A DNA stretch of 64,000 nt from Octopus sinensis (lineage: Eukaryota). Of the stretch, positions 26,339-40,278 are shown piece by piece (within the stretch, counting starts at the first letter, position 1; every line of letters begins with the position of its first letter). Both the position numbers and the translations under genes were made by a program. Below the pieces are notes generated by a model. It made no database searches, was not told the origin of the DNA, and worked only from the letters and a program-made list of their open reading frames with translations. The stretch covers positions 49,538,001 through 49,602,000 of the forward strand of contig NC_043000.1 of NCBI RefSeq assembly GCF_006345805.1. Direction: 5' to 3'.

Positions 26339-29300
26339 TAATCAATCAAATAATTTATTAGTTCATTTGTTAAATAGACAACCAAATGTGAATAATAAAG
26401 TAAAATAAAACTGGTGTGTGTATGTTTATTGGCATAGTGACCCACCCTGAAAATATATATTTCAACATACAGGTTCACAGCAAGAATCTTGCATGTTGAA
26501 TACAGGAAGGACATTTTTCATTTGACTGGAAATATATACATGAAGAAAATTGATTCTTTTAAGATTTAGAAGTTCACAGAATATATAAATATACAGTTTT
26601 CGGGCATCTTAACAATTCTATACTTTGTTATTTTCTCGTCTTTTCCTGGTTTCAGTCTTTAAACTGTGGTCATATTTGGGAGTGGCCAAATAGTTATTAG
26701 CTGATTACTCCAATCCCAATATGTATTTCTTCATTTTTAGAAGGATGAAAAGAAAAGCAAACTTTTTAATCATTTGATCATGCTGAGCACATAATAAAAG
26801 AACATGGGTTTGTACAAAATAGTGTAGTATTTTCAAATATACCTTATATTTTCCATAACCTTGTAGCAATAAGCATATTACGGTCATGAAAATACTTTCA
26901 GATAAGATTTGTCCACTATAAAACAGAAACTGAGAGAAATGCATTAAGATTTTCTATGACTACAGTTGCTGTTGATATAAAGTAAATGTCCTAGAAGCTA
27001 AATATCTTGCTAGGATTTCAGTTATGATCGAGTGAAAACATAGATAAAATAATACAAAACCCAATGCCTCAAACTACATACTAAGTAGTTTGAGAAAAAA
27101 GTGATCATTGTGTCTTCTATTACATGTCATCTACCTATCTTAAATCCAAAGACGACAACAACAACAACAACAGCAGCAGCAACAAACTCATCTTTTTTAA
27201 AACCTAACCCAGCTGTTACCTTTCTTCCATTCAAATAATGTTGCAGTCTTTCCCCTTCTTTGTTCAAGAACTAATTGTCTGAGTTTTAGTATTCCAAGAA
27301 GCATTTTTATTACATTCAAATATGAACTATCCATTATGAAAACTACCTTTTTCTATTTGAAAAATTCTCTCAGCATATCTACATATGTATGTGCATACAT
27401 AAATACATACATACACAAACATATGTACATACATACATACATATATATATGTATGTCTTCTGGCATATCTACATATGTATGTGCATACATAAATACATTC
27501 ATACACAAACATGTACATACATACATACATACATATATATGTATGTCTTCTGGCTAGATTTTCCTCTTTTGGAATATTCAACTTATTCTTACTTTTAGAG
27601 TATTAGATGTTCATGAAAAAGTACATGAAGATGTTTATGCAACAATTGTATTCTTAATGTATTTAAAAAATACAATGAAGCAACTAATGGAAATTTAAAC
27701 TGCACCTACTTATAATGACTTCTAATACTTGTTAATTTAGAAATATTCTACTTGGAATGCAACTAATTTTGTAAATTAGCAACAGAAATTTTAACAAAAA
27801 TATTTCTATCATATTTAAATACTAATTTTTCTTCATCAGTAAGGATTTTTGCTCAAACAACTAATGTTCATTCCTCTTCGTGCACTCGTTTTTACTGCCA
27901 AATTTTGGCGCTCATTTTTTTTTATTCATGCTGGCATAAGTTGAATGGGAATATATTTATGTTAATATTTTATGAGGGATGACCTTCATGTCATCAACTC
28001 TTACCTGTTTTTCAAGTTAGGAATCATTTTATTCCACTGGTCTTTGATAGCACAGAGAGATAGAATGTATTATCTCATAGAGTATATAAACACGACATCA
28101 CTATTTTATTCTGACGGTATCATGCAATGACAGGAAATGATAGCATTCATGCATAGAGAGAGAGAGAGACACATACACACACACACACAAACACTCCCAC
28201 ACACACACACTCAGTTTCCATTTACCAAATCCATTCATAAGGCTTTGGTTGACCCAAGGCTATAGTAGAAAACACTTGCCCCAAGGTGCCACGCAGTGGG
28301 ACTGAACCCACAACCATGGGGTTGGAAAACAAGTTTCTTACCACACAGCCACACCTATAAAATTAACAAGCTTCCAATTCCACTTGCAAGATATTCAGCC
28401 ACCCTAGGTGCTATAGTAGAAAAAACTTGCCCAATATACCCGACATTAGGAAAGATCCATGTGCTTACCAAGGGAACTCAACATTCACACAACCTTGTCT
28501 AAATCAAAATATACTTATATAGCAGAAATATTAGCCACTTTCAGAAAATAAATAAGGACTCCAGTTTAACATCACTTGTTTGATGATGAAAGAATGCAAA
28601 TCACCAATCTCACAGCTTGAAGCAATGAAGGAACATCTACATGATAGTTTGATCTGCTAGAAACAGCAGCCAAATTTCTTTCATATCTCATCCTATTGTT
28701 TTTTTTATAAAATGGGAGAGCACATCAGAGAGTATGGTCATACATACACTTAATCTGAAAAAGAGATTGAATGATCATAGCTGGAATGCCTTTTATGGTG
28801 TGTCTGCTTGATGAGAACTGACTCTGGAAGTTAGCAACAATACCAACAACAATAACAACCTTAATAATAACAACCTTTCATCTGATTATTGAGTACCCTA
28901 TCACCCTGACCAACAATGAAAGCTCTTTGCTCTCTGGATAACCAATTCATAAAGAAATGATGATAATGATAATAGTGGTGATGGTGGAGGCGGAATCTTG
29001 CAAATAAGAAATTTTAAAATCTACCAGACAGACAGAGAGACAAAAAGAACTCTGAGCTGTAAACTTCATTATGCAGCATTCTACCTCTAAACCACTCTTT
29101 AGCCATTAGTAGATTGTATTGATATAACATCTTGTGTGCTTTTATAATAAACATTCCAAAACCATAAATCAATAAATGAATGGTTTCAATGAAAAATATG
29201 AGAAACACTACATACAGTGTCAATATACGGGTACCAAACTATTACTTTAATCATGTCATGTTTTGCTTTTCTTTCTTAGACAGTGGTCATTGTCTCCGCT

Positions 29301-29795
29301 ATTATCTTCGAAACTGATACAGCTTTTGCAACAATCATAGAAGTTATTGTAAATGATAAAATTATTGACTAAAGTTTTGAAGATTCCAAACAGAAATTAA
29401 ACTATGACTTTTTTTAAAAGTGATTTTGTCTTTATCATTCTGCTGCTCAGCATTATCAGCCATCTCCTACATTTTCTGCTCCTCTCTTCGTTACGCTCAT
29501 GCTTCCATTTTTAATTGTAGCCATTTTTTGCCCCTTATCTTCTAGCATAAAGTTGCACCCCCCCCCCACCTACATTACAGCTTTATTTAGTGCTAGTGAC
29601 ATGAAACAAAGCATCGAGTGCATGCTGTAAAGTGATAAGTATTAGGAAGGGCATCCAACATGCCAGCAAGGAATATGGATGGTGAATAATGGTGGTAGTG
29701 ATGACGATGATGATGACAGGGATTTTGCAGTATTTCGCAAAAGGTAGAAGGGAAGTCTTTTGAAGGCTATGGAGAAATAGTGGTATGCTTTAGGT

Positions 29796-30049
29796 CAGCA
29801 TTTCTCAACCATTTTTTGTCAATGGACCCCTTTATTTTTTCAGTTTTCGTCAGATAGACCCTCACAGCCATTTCATGTTTAAAAAATCCTATATTTATAT
29901 AGTTAAATATTATTAAGAATTATATAAAAAAAATATTTTTAATGTTTTGTGTATTTTAGGAGTATAAGCAATTTATTGCACACAACCCATAACAGCAAAA
30001 TCTTTTATGGAACCCTAAGGGTCAAATGGACCCTGAATGAGAATCACTG
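29796..30049. mobile_element. hAT MITE
   Basis: TIRs cagcatttctcaacc / gaatgagaatcactg with a degenerate 8-bp TSD ctttaggt / cttttggc. Confidence 0.7.
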
Positions 30050-30151
30050 CTTTTGGCAAACCAAATCTGTAATCTAAGTGCAGTTCTTGAAATATTGTCT
30101 TTCATGTACACACATATGCACACACACATACACACATGCACACACAATATA

Positions 30152-30483
30152 TACATGGGTTGGACAAAATAATGGAAACACCTTAAAATTTCAAACAAAT
30201 TTATTTTAATATGGGGTAGGATCACCTTTGGCAGTAATTAGAGTTTGAAATCTATGAGGTATGGACTTGTACAAAGCTTGAATTGTTTCCAAAGAAATTT
30301 TCGTTCATTCTTCAGCTGAAACAGTCTCCAGTTCTTGCAGTGATGATGGTGGAGGATATCGGCTCCTTACCTTTTTTTATTAAAATGCACTATAAATGTT
30401 CAATAATATTGAGATCTTGAGACTGAGGTAGCCAGATAAGATGTTCAACTTCACTAGAATATTCCTCGTGCCATTCAGCAACA
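30152..30483 (-). mobile_element. Tc1 transposon right end with decayed transposase C-terminus
   Basis: TA followed by TIR catgggttggacaaaataatggaaacacc. Minus strand reads KKVRSRYPPPSSLQELETVSAEE*TKISLETIQALYKSIPHRFQTLITAKGDPTPY*. Confidence 0.9.
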
Positions 30484-30835
30484 AACACACACACACAAAG
30501 TCATAAATAACAGATAGCGTGATGGAATTTTGTTTAACAATAAGAAAATTTAACCAATTTTGACCATCCACAAAACACCAAATTTGATTTAATTTGCTTT
30601 GCGGGAGCAACTAGTTTATCGAAAGTGTATACTGTTGTTAAATGCTTGAAATACGAGAGTAGAAAAACAGCCAACAACTGATGAAGGATCGTTCTGTATG
30701 CTGTTTGTCTCATTTTCCATCTGTGGAAAATTGTTCATATTCCATGTACTCGTACTTCGTATTTTTTGTTGTACACATTTCATGATGTCCTGTGCCCACA
30801 TATGCATATACATATGTATATAGGCATATATATAT

Positions 30836-30915
30836 AAAGGTAATAATTTTTTACAACTAAAAATAAGGGTGTGCCTGGACACCCTTATTTTTAGTTGTAA
30901 AAAATTATTACCTTT
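30836..30915. repeat. Perfect 37-bp-stem hairpin
   Basis: aaaggtaataattttttacaactaaaaataagggtgt, loop gcctgg, then the exact reverse complement. Confidence 0.95.
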
Positions 30916-31270
30916 GTATGGTATGTTTCCCATGTTGGCAACTTGATAATATCGATATTATCCTTATTAATAAATTTATATATATATATATGTATTATTT
31001 ATATTATTACATGACTGAATGCCACGCATCCTCTTCCAAGTAAGTTTTTATCTATATATATCATATACATATATCCACACACACGCACACATACATACAT
31101 ATATATATATACACACACACACATATTTGCACATATATGTATATGTTCATATATGTATGTGTGTGTATATATATATATATATAAATATATGCATATTCAC
31201 AAACACATGCACACACACAAACATACATACATGTATACATATATACATACATACTTACATAAATACATGC

Positions 31271-31303
<33 letters not shown>

Positions 31304-32642
31304 AACATATACATATGTATGAATTATGAATTATCTCGTTTGAAAGGAAAAGTTTGATGTTAACTGAAGCATTGTGAGTTTTCCTCTGCTCACAGAAGAG
31401 TTGCAAAGAACCAGCAAAAACAATTAACCTCTTTTGAACAAACTGAATCAAATTTTTTTGACAGCAACTCATCATAGCAAGGAACTATATACTTTTTGAA
31501 ATATCTTAAAATTCCAATTTATTCAGAAAATGCTAGAAGCTAAGATAACTTCTCATTCGGCCTTGCTTGCTTTTTTCTTACGATTTTTGTTTTCGTTCTT
31601 GTTTTTTGATAATAATGAGTGAAATAATGAAGATGATAACAATGATAAAAATAATACAGATGATGATGAGCAGAATGATAATGGTAAAGGTGATGGTGAT
31701 GATGGTAAATGTGATGTGGATGATGATGACTTTGTTCATTGCCTCCGGTAAACAGAACATAAAATATATGAAAAATAATACGCTATAACACAAATTGTAA
31801 AACAGGTAGAACTGAAATTACATCAAAGTACAGAAAAACCATGATTGGTGTGTGTGTGTGTGTGTGTGTATCATCATCATCATTTAACATCCATACACAC
31901 ATATACATATGTATGTGTCCGTGTGTGCATGAGATATACATACATACATATATATATATATATACATATATTATATATATATATATTATATATATATGTG
32001 TGTGTGTGTGTATGTATATATGTAAGTATGTATGTGTGTGTGAGTGTATTTGTGTATATATGTTTGTGAGTGCATGTGTGTATATATATATATATGCATA
32101 TTTATATTAACATATACACCCACACACATACAGATGAAATTATAGTTGTGTATTTAAGATGTTTACTATCACAACCACATGGTTTCAAGTTCAACCACAC
32201 TGTGTAGGGCCTTAGGCAAGAGTCTTCTATTAGCACCTGCCCTGAGCTTTTTTTTAAAGAAATTTGTTGACAGAAACTGTAAGAAAGTAGTCATATCTGT
32301 ATAGATATGTGTGTATGTTTGTGTGTTGACATTCAACGCCTTCGCTTCAGCAAAATGGTGACTGATATTTACACTCCTTGTTGATGTTATGACTAGTCAT
32401 TCTGTGATTGGGAAAATATGTGAAATATGGGTTTATGACTGGAACGGCATCCAGTCAGAAACTCATACATTAAAAAAAAACATTTCCCATTCACTGCAAC
32501 CCATGCTGGCATGGGAAAAAGGAACTTTAATCAAATGCAATAAGAAAAAAAATATATATATATATATAGATACCAGAGTAAACACATAAATGTGAAACAA
32601 GGTGGAAAAAAGAGTACTCAAATACCAGGGGTAGAGTAATAT

Positions 32643-32830
32643 GCTTTATTTAAAAGCAGCAGAAATTCAACAAAACCTGTTACTCTGAGTTTCACATTCC
32701 CGTTCGTCGGACAGTTTTTGTTAAAAAAAATACAAAAAAAAATTTTTTTTAACAAAAAGTGTCCAACGAACGAGAACGTGAAACTCAGAGTAACAGGTTT
32801 TGTTGAATCTCTGCTGCTTTTAAATAAAGT
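32643..32830. mobile_element. Fold-back pair of Penelope-like pLTR fragments, each arm with a hammerhead motif
   Basis: Inverted ~80-bp arms. Minus arm 32669-32722: AACAAAAACUGU CCGACGA ACG GGAA UGU GAAA CUC A GAG UA|ACAGGUUUUGUU. The plus arm 32751-32804 has the core mutated to CCAACGA. Confidence 0.7.
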
Positions 32831-32978
32831 ATATATATATAGATATACTGGCCTGCTCGCTTAGCCAGTGGGGTGGCGTCATTCGAAGCACATTGTGACC
32901 AGTGATGTGTAGCAACATCTGATGGTCTGGTCGGTCATGTGATATTATGTGTGTGATATAGATATACATATATATAAT

Positions 32979-33300
32979 AAAGGCATGTGGCTTAGTGGTT
33001 AGAGTATTTAGCTTATGATTGCAAGGTCAGGAGTTCCACTCCTGGTGATGCATTACATCATTGGGCAAGACGGTTTATTTCACATTGTTCCAGTCCACTC
33101 AGCTGGCAAAAATGAGGAGTATCTGTATTTCAAAGGGCCAACCTTTGTCACATTCTATCTCATGCTGAAATTTCTCTGAGAACTACATTAAGGGTATGCA
33201 TGTCTGTGGAGTGCTCAGCTACTTGCGGGTTAATTTCACATGCAGACTGTTCCATTGATCAGACCAACAGGAGCCCTAATTGTTGCAAGGAATGGAGTGC
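32979..33300 (+). mobile_element. tRNA-derived SINE
   Basis: A box tggcttagtgg and B-box-like gagttccactcc; body shared with 38746-39069 and 49880-50200(-). Confidence 0.85.
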
Positions 33301-33345
33301 TAAAATTATAAATATATATACATATATATACATACATATATATAT

Positions 33346-33421
<76 letters not shown>

Positions 33422-33432
33422 GTGTATATATA

Positions 33433-33470
<38 letters not shown>

Positions 33471-33474
33471 GTAT

Positions 33475-33519
<45 letters not shown>

Positions 33520-34681
33520 GTATATACATATGTATATGTGTATATATATATATATGTAGCCAAGCAAATTGCAGTCATGACAGATATCAGTATTATGCAA
33601 ATGGCACCTATGCTGGTGGCACATAAAAGCAATCTAGTGTCACACAAATGGCACCTGTGCTTGTGGCATGTAAAAGCACCCATTACACTCTCAGAGTGGT
33701 TGATGTTAGGAAGGGCATCCAGCCATAGAAAACTATGTCAAATGAGACTGGAGTCTGGTGCAGCCTTCTAGTGTGCCAGCTCAGTCAAACCGTCCAACCC
33801 ATGCCAGCATGGACAATGGACGTTAAATGATGATGATGTATATTATATGTGTAACCATTACCATTCCATTCAACACATCATGTTTCTAACAAGACTAAAT
33901 TTTTTACACTGCACTTTATGACAACCAGCACTGGTGGGTTACCTTGTTCCTGACAAAACTAAAAAGTGTACTCTCTTCTTCCTTGTGTCGTCTCTATGTC
34001 TGTTCCTCACCTTCTCACAAAACTATGAGAGAAGAGAGCCAGATATAAAAAGAAAAAGAGGATAACAGAGGGATAAAAGGAGACGTACCAGAGTGACTGG
34101 AATAGAAGCATGAGAGAAAAGAGAGTGAGGAAGTGATGATAGGCAGCTACGTGATGATTTTAATGTTGTAAATATCTTTTATATCCTATACATCCAAATC
34201 TCCAAATATTCAAGAGAATATAAAGAATGAAGAACTTTTAGACAACCAAAAACTAATGTAATGTCATTTTAATGTTTACTCCCTCCATATTATGCTTTGA
34301 ATATTTTTCTGGTTATTGTTTTCTTTTGTATATTGTGATATCAACTTTAATGGTTTTGCGACAGCTTACCTATGTTTTCCTGACTTTACTCATTCATAAT
34401 AAAATTCTAATAGTACCCATATCTGGTCTTCATCGATTAAAACACCCACCATGTGAATATGACAACATGAAAAGACAAAAAATTGAAGACGAAGGAAAAA
34501 ACTCTCATTCATGAAATGTGCACTTTACATGAAAGCTTACACTCTCTCTCTCTCTCTCTCTTTTTTTTTCTCTCTCTTTTTTTTCTCTCTCTCTCTCTTT
34601 TTTTTTCTCTCTCTCTCTCTTTTTTTCTCTCTCTCCGCTACCACACAGTCGCCCTGTACAGAATATAGATAAATAAATACA

Positions 34682-34712
<31 letters not shown>

Positions 34713-35163
34713 AAGTGAGGAGGAAATTTATGTTTTGGTTCTCTTCCCTTATTATATTATAAAGAATTATTTATGAAAATCCTGCTTATTTGTGTCTTTT
34801 TCTTTCATATCTATTCGTTTGTTTGCCGCCCTCTCCCTAGATGCTTTCAATGTTGTCGTTTTGACTTGGTTCCAAGTGCTTTCAAAGACGTCAGTAGTGT
34901 TTATACGCTTGCACACGTGCCAAAAGTCGTAAGCTCATGAAGCATACATGAATATGTGAAATACCTGGTGGGATGTGTAACCCGATTTTTTTTCAATAAT
35001 CTAGTGCCATTGTTCTGCAAAGTACCTGCCCATAAGTTACATATGTCCATTCATGATTTAGTCCCCAAATGCAGTTTAAAAAAATTTTTCTTTCTCATTT
35101 TACATGCATATATGCATACGTGTGTATGTGTTAATGTCCACGTGTACATGTATGTATATATAT

Positions 35164-35197
<34 letters not shown>

Positions 35198-35349
35198 CAT
35201 ATATGTATATACATATATGTATATATATATATATATATATAATATATATATATAATATATGTATATATATATATGTTATATATATATATATGTATATATA
35301 TGTATATATATATATAATATATGTATATATATATATGTATATATATATG

Positions 35350-35380
<31 letters not shown>

Positions 35381-35510
35381 GTATATATATATGTATATAT
35401 ATGTATATATATATGTATATATATGTATGTATATATATATATATATATTATGTATATATATATATATATATATATTATGTATATATATATATATTATATA
35501 TATATGTATG

Positions 35511-35541
<31 letters not shown>

Positions 35542-35628
35542 ATATGTGTATATATATATATGTATGTATGTATATATGTGTATATATATATATATGTATA
35601 TGTATATATATGTTATGTATATATATAT

Positions 35629-35661
<33 letters not shown>

Positions 35662-35714
35662 ATATGTATATGTATATGTATATATATATATGTATGTATA
35701 TGTTATATATATAT

Positions 35715-35748
<34 letters not shown>

Positions 35749-35783
35749 ATTATATGTATATATATATATATATATATAATATG

Positions 35784-35864
<81 letters not shown>

Positions 35865-36364
35865 ATATATATGTATATATATATAAATATATGTATATAT
35901 ATATATATATATATATTTTGTTGCGACCCCTTCGGTATGACTGACTATGGGATTGCACCTCGAAAGCCACCCTCTGACGCGCAAGTCTGGGCAAGGTTGT
36001 TTATGGAAGACCAGCACCGCGCCACCGATGGTATCCAATACAGCTTGGCACCAGTGATGTCGCAGCTCATTCATTAATGTGCAAGTGGCTGAGCATTCCA
36101 CAGACACATGTACCCTTTACGTAGTTCTCGGGGAAATTTAGTGTGACACAGAGTGTGACAAAGCTGGCCCTTTGAAATACAGGTACAACAGAAACAGGAA
36201 GAAAGAGTGAGAAATTTGTGGTGAAAGAGTACAGCAGGGTTCACCACCACTCCTTGCTGGAGCCTCGTGGAGCTTTAGGTGTTTTTGCTCAATAAACACT
36301 CACAATACCCTGTCTGGGAATCGAAACTGCGATCCTACGAACGCGAGTCCACTACCCTAACCAC

Positions 36365-36430
<66 letters not shown>

Positions 36431-36712
36431 GATGGTCGTCTCTCTTAGTACAAGAAAGTCACTTCTGCAATTTCTTGCAGCACGACAATACACAAATGAT
36501 TTATTTTAAATTTGTTTATAGTGATCAAATGTTTCAGCTGTACACTAACTCACTCCCTTCATTAAATTGACATTACTTGAACAGGTGCATAGTGTACCAT
36601 ATGTCAGATCAAAGTGATCACAAAGCGATGAGAGGTGAAATATTTTGCTCAAGAACACAAGACACCACCTGGTCCATATATGTATATACATATTAAAGCT
36701 TCAAAATTATCA

Positions 36713-36760
36713 CAAAACTGTTATTCAGAGTTTCATGTGCCCATTCATCAGACAGTTTTG
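36713..36760 (-). ncRNA. Type I hammerhead ribozyme motif (same family as 32.7 kb)
   Basis: CAAAACUGU CUGAUGA AUG GGCA CAU GAAA CUC U GAA UA|ACAGUUUUG: perfect 9-bp stem I, intact core, one stem III mismatch. Confidence 0.75.
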
Positions 36761-36911
36761 ATTAATGTTATTCATTACAACTGACTGTAATAGTTTTGTG
36801 ATAACTTTGCAGATGTTGTTACACATCGCTGGTCACAATGCGTTCGCATTGTTTTAGCCTTCGAATGACGCCACCCCGCTGGCTAAGCGAGCAGGCCAAT
36901 ATATATGCATA

Positions 36912-36969
<58 letters not shown>

Positions 36970-38678
36970 ATTAGAGGATATGTAACCTCATGAAGGGATG
37001 GTTGCATCCAAGGTTCAATAACTGATATTTTGGGGGAATGAAATTCCCTTAAAACAATAGGTATATATTAAGCATGTAGTTTATATCCATTTAAAAGAAG
37101 AAAAGAAAATGAAGATAAGGAAGTTAATAAGTGTTTATTATTAACAAATTTGTTGTCTTGAAGATGACCTTTTTGTTAATAATAATTATTAACTTACATT
37201 ATATCCATTTTCATTTCTTCTTTTAAATCGATATAAACTCTGAGTGTGTGTGTGTGTGTGTGCATGTATGTTTGTGTGTGTACGTATATATCGACACACA
37301 CACATATAAGATAACAAAAAGTGATAACGACTTTCAAGTTTCACTTTCATTGACTTAACAAATTGTTCAGTTTGGAAAGCTGACGAAGCTAATTTCAAAG
37401 ACACTATTCAATATTTTTCCTGCCAAAATTAATAATACTTTGTATATTATGCATTGAGTCCTTTATTTACTTCATATCTTTGTTTTACCTATATAGGGAA
37501 TAACATTCATTATATTATATTTCTCTCTATATTCTCCCCTCATCTACATTTCTCTTTCTCTCTCTCTTTATATATATTTATATATCATCTTCTACTTGTT
37601 TCAGTCATTAGACTAGGAATTCCATAGTTGGAATGGTGGAATTCACCTTGATGAATTTTAGTCAAATAAATTAACCCTAGTACTTGTTCTATCTTCTAAA
37701 GCCTTGTTCTTGTTCAGTTCATCTCTTTTGCCAAACCAGTAAGGTATGGTGACATAAACACACCAACACTGGTTAAATGGTGGTGAGCAACAAACACAGA
37801 CACTAGAGGCATTCACACACATACACATGACATCGTCTTTTCAGTTTCCATCTGACACATCCACTTGGTGGGCCTGGGGCTAAGGTAGAAGACACATGCA
37901 TAAAAATATCTTGAAAAACTAAAGAGTAAATTGTGTCATTGTGCTGTTTTTCTCACAGGTGGTGCCCAACTGACCCTACTATACTGTGTAGTCGGCAGAA
38001 TCAAAAGCAAACAATGTGCATGCACAAAATAGAAAATATAAAATGGCGACAATTTACCCAGCGCAGCCTACACACATATTCTTTTATTTGTTTCAGTCAT
38101 TTTACTGTGGCCATGCTGGAGCACCACTTTTAGTCTAACAAATCAACCCCAGGACTTATTCTTTGTAAGCCTAGCACTTATTCTATCGGTCTCTTCTGCT
38201 GAACTGCTAAGTTACGGGGATATAAACACACTAACATCAGTTGCCAAGTGATGGTGAGGGGGACAAACACAGACACACAAACATGCACACACATATATAT
38301 ATATGACAGGCTTCTTTCAGTTTCCATCTACAAAATCCACTCACAAGGCTTTGCCCAGCCCAAGGCTATGATAGAAAATGCCCACATACACACACACACA
38401 CATATATACAATGGAGGTGAACTGGTAGAATCATTAAAGCACCAGGAAAATTTTTTAGCAGCATTCTATCTATATTTATATTCCGTTTTCAAATTCCACC
38501 AAGGTGCACTTTAACTTTCATCCGTTCAGAGTTAGTAAAATAATTACAAATTGTGCACTGATGTCAACATGATCAATCAGTTTACTCCACCCACCCCTGC
38601 AATTGCTAGTCTTGTGCCAGAATTTGCAACCTATATATATATATATAAAGTGAGATAGGGGTTATGAGTGTAACCCAC

Positions 38679-38724
<46 letters not shown>

Positions 38725-38745
38725 CACACATATATATATATATAT

Positions 38746-39069
38746 GAAGGCACATGACTTAGTGGTTAAGGTATTCAGTTGACGATCGTAAGGTCACGAG
38801 TTCAATCCTCAGTGATGTGTTGTGTCCTTCAGCAAGACACTTTATTTCACGTTGCTCCAGTCCACTCAGCTGGCAGCAAAAATGAGTAGTAGCTGTATTT
38901 CAAAGGGCTAGCCTTGTCACACTCTGTGTCATGCTGAATCTACCTGAGAAACTACAATAAGAGTACACATGTCTGTCGAGTACTCAGCCTCTTGCACTTT
39001 AATTTCCCGTGTAGGTTGTTCTGTTGATCAGATCCGTTGGAACCTTTGTCATGACTGATGGAGTGCCAG
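38746..39069 (+). mobile_element. tRNA-derived SINE immediately left of the HHR array
   Basis: A box tgacttagtgg and B box gttcaatcc; conserved body. Confidence 0.85.
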
Positions 39070-39280
39070 TAGTGTGCTTACATACATACACACACAGACA
39101 CACATGTATGTATGTATATATATATATGTATACATTTATATATAGAGGGCATTATACATACATGCCAGAGAGCATTATACATACATGCCACACGCTAAGA
39201 GGGACAATTAGTCATTTCTACCAAAAATATTACTAATCCCACCGAATGCAATTTTTCAAAGTAAGACATTTAAAAAATAT

Positions 39281-39328
39281 AGACCTGTATCACAGTGATT
39301 TCATACTTACGTATTCATCAGCAGGCCT
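39281..39328 (-). ncRNA. Type I hammerhead ribozyme, array copy 1
   Basis: AGGCCUG CUGAUGA AUAC GUAA GUAU GAAA UCAC U GUGA UA|CAGGUCU: 7-bp stem I, 4-bp stem II with GNRA loop, palindromic stem III; predicted cut 39288/39287. Confidence 0.9.
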
Positions 39329-39756
39329 GAATGTATCATAAATAAACGACCCTGCCCTGCTTAAGCCGATCAGCTAACTGATCAACATCAACGAAGCACA
39401 TGGGTGAGTTTACATATATTGCATCCTGTAAATGGCTTACTTTTACGAATTGCATTTCGGGAAAGGAAAAGTTTTTTCGGAATAAAAATTTAGCAATTAA
39501 GGACAACTACTTAATAAGGAAAACTTAACAAGAAATTGTCAGGTAGATAGCGTGAAAACCTCATAAGAGAATAAATTTCGAAAATAATTATTTCTTATTG
39601 AACATATTAATTTATATATAGAGGGCATTATACATACATGCCAGAGAGCATTATACATACATGCCACACGCTAAGAGGGACAATTAGTCATTTCTACCAA
39701 AAATATTACTAATCCCACCGAATGCAATTTTTCAAAGTAAGACATTTAAAAAATAT

Positions 39757-39804
39757 AGACCTGTATCACAGTGATTTCATACTTACGTATTCATCAGCAG
39801 GCCT
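39757..39804 (-). ncRNA. Type I hammerhead ribozyme, array copy 2
   Basis: Identical to copy 1; predicted cut 39764/39763. Confidence 0.9.
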
Positions 39805-40230
39805 GAATGTATCATAAATAAACGACCCTGCCCTGCTTAAGCCGATCAGCTAACTGATCAACATCAACGAAGCACATGGGTGAGTTTACATATATTGCAT
39901 CCTGTAAATGGCTTACTTTTACGAATTGCATTTCGGGAAAGGAAAAGTTTTTTCGGAATAAAAATTTAGCAATTAAGGACAACTACTAATAAGGAAAACT
40001 TAACAAGAAATTGTCAGGTAGATAGCGTGAAAACCTCATAAGAGAATAAATTTCGAAAATAATATTTCTTATTGAACATATTAATTTATATATAGAGGGC
40101 ATTATACATACATGCCAGAGAGCATTATACATACATGCCACACGCTAAGAGGGACAATTAGTCATTTCTACCAAAAATATTACTAATCCCACCGAATGCA
40201 ATTTTTCAAAGTAAGACATTTAAAAAATAT

Positions 40231-40278
40231 AGACCTGTATCACAGTGATTTCATACTTACGTATTCATCAGCAGGCCT
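40231..40278 (-). ncRNA. Type I hammerhead ribozyme, array copy 3
   Basis: Identical to copy 1; predicted cut 40238/40237. Confidence 0.9.

Noticed and set aside
27600-27700. Candidate exon VLDVHEKVHEDVYATIVFLMYLK
   Set aside because: Only an acceptor-like site and a short frame; no homology I can support.
34841-34928. AG...GTAAGC-bounded 88-bp candidate exon with CpGs
   Set aside because: No recognisable protein similarity in any frame and no linked exons; needs RNA-seq.
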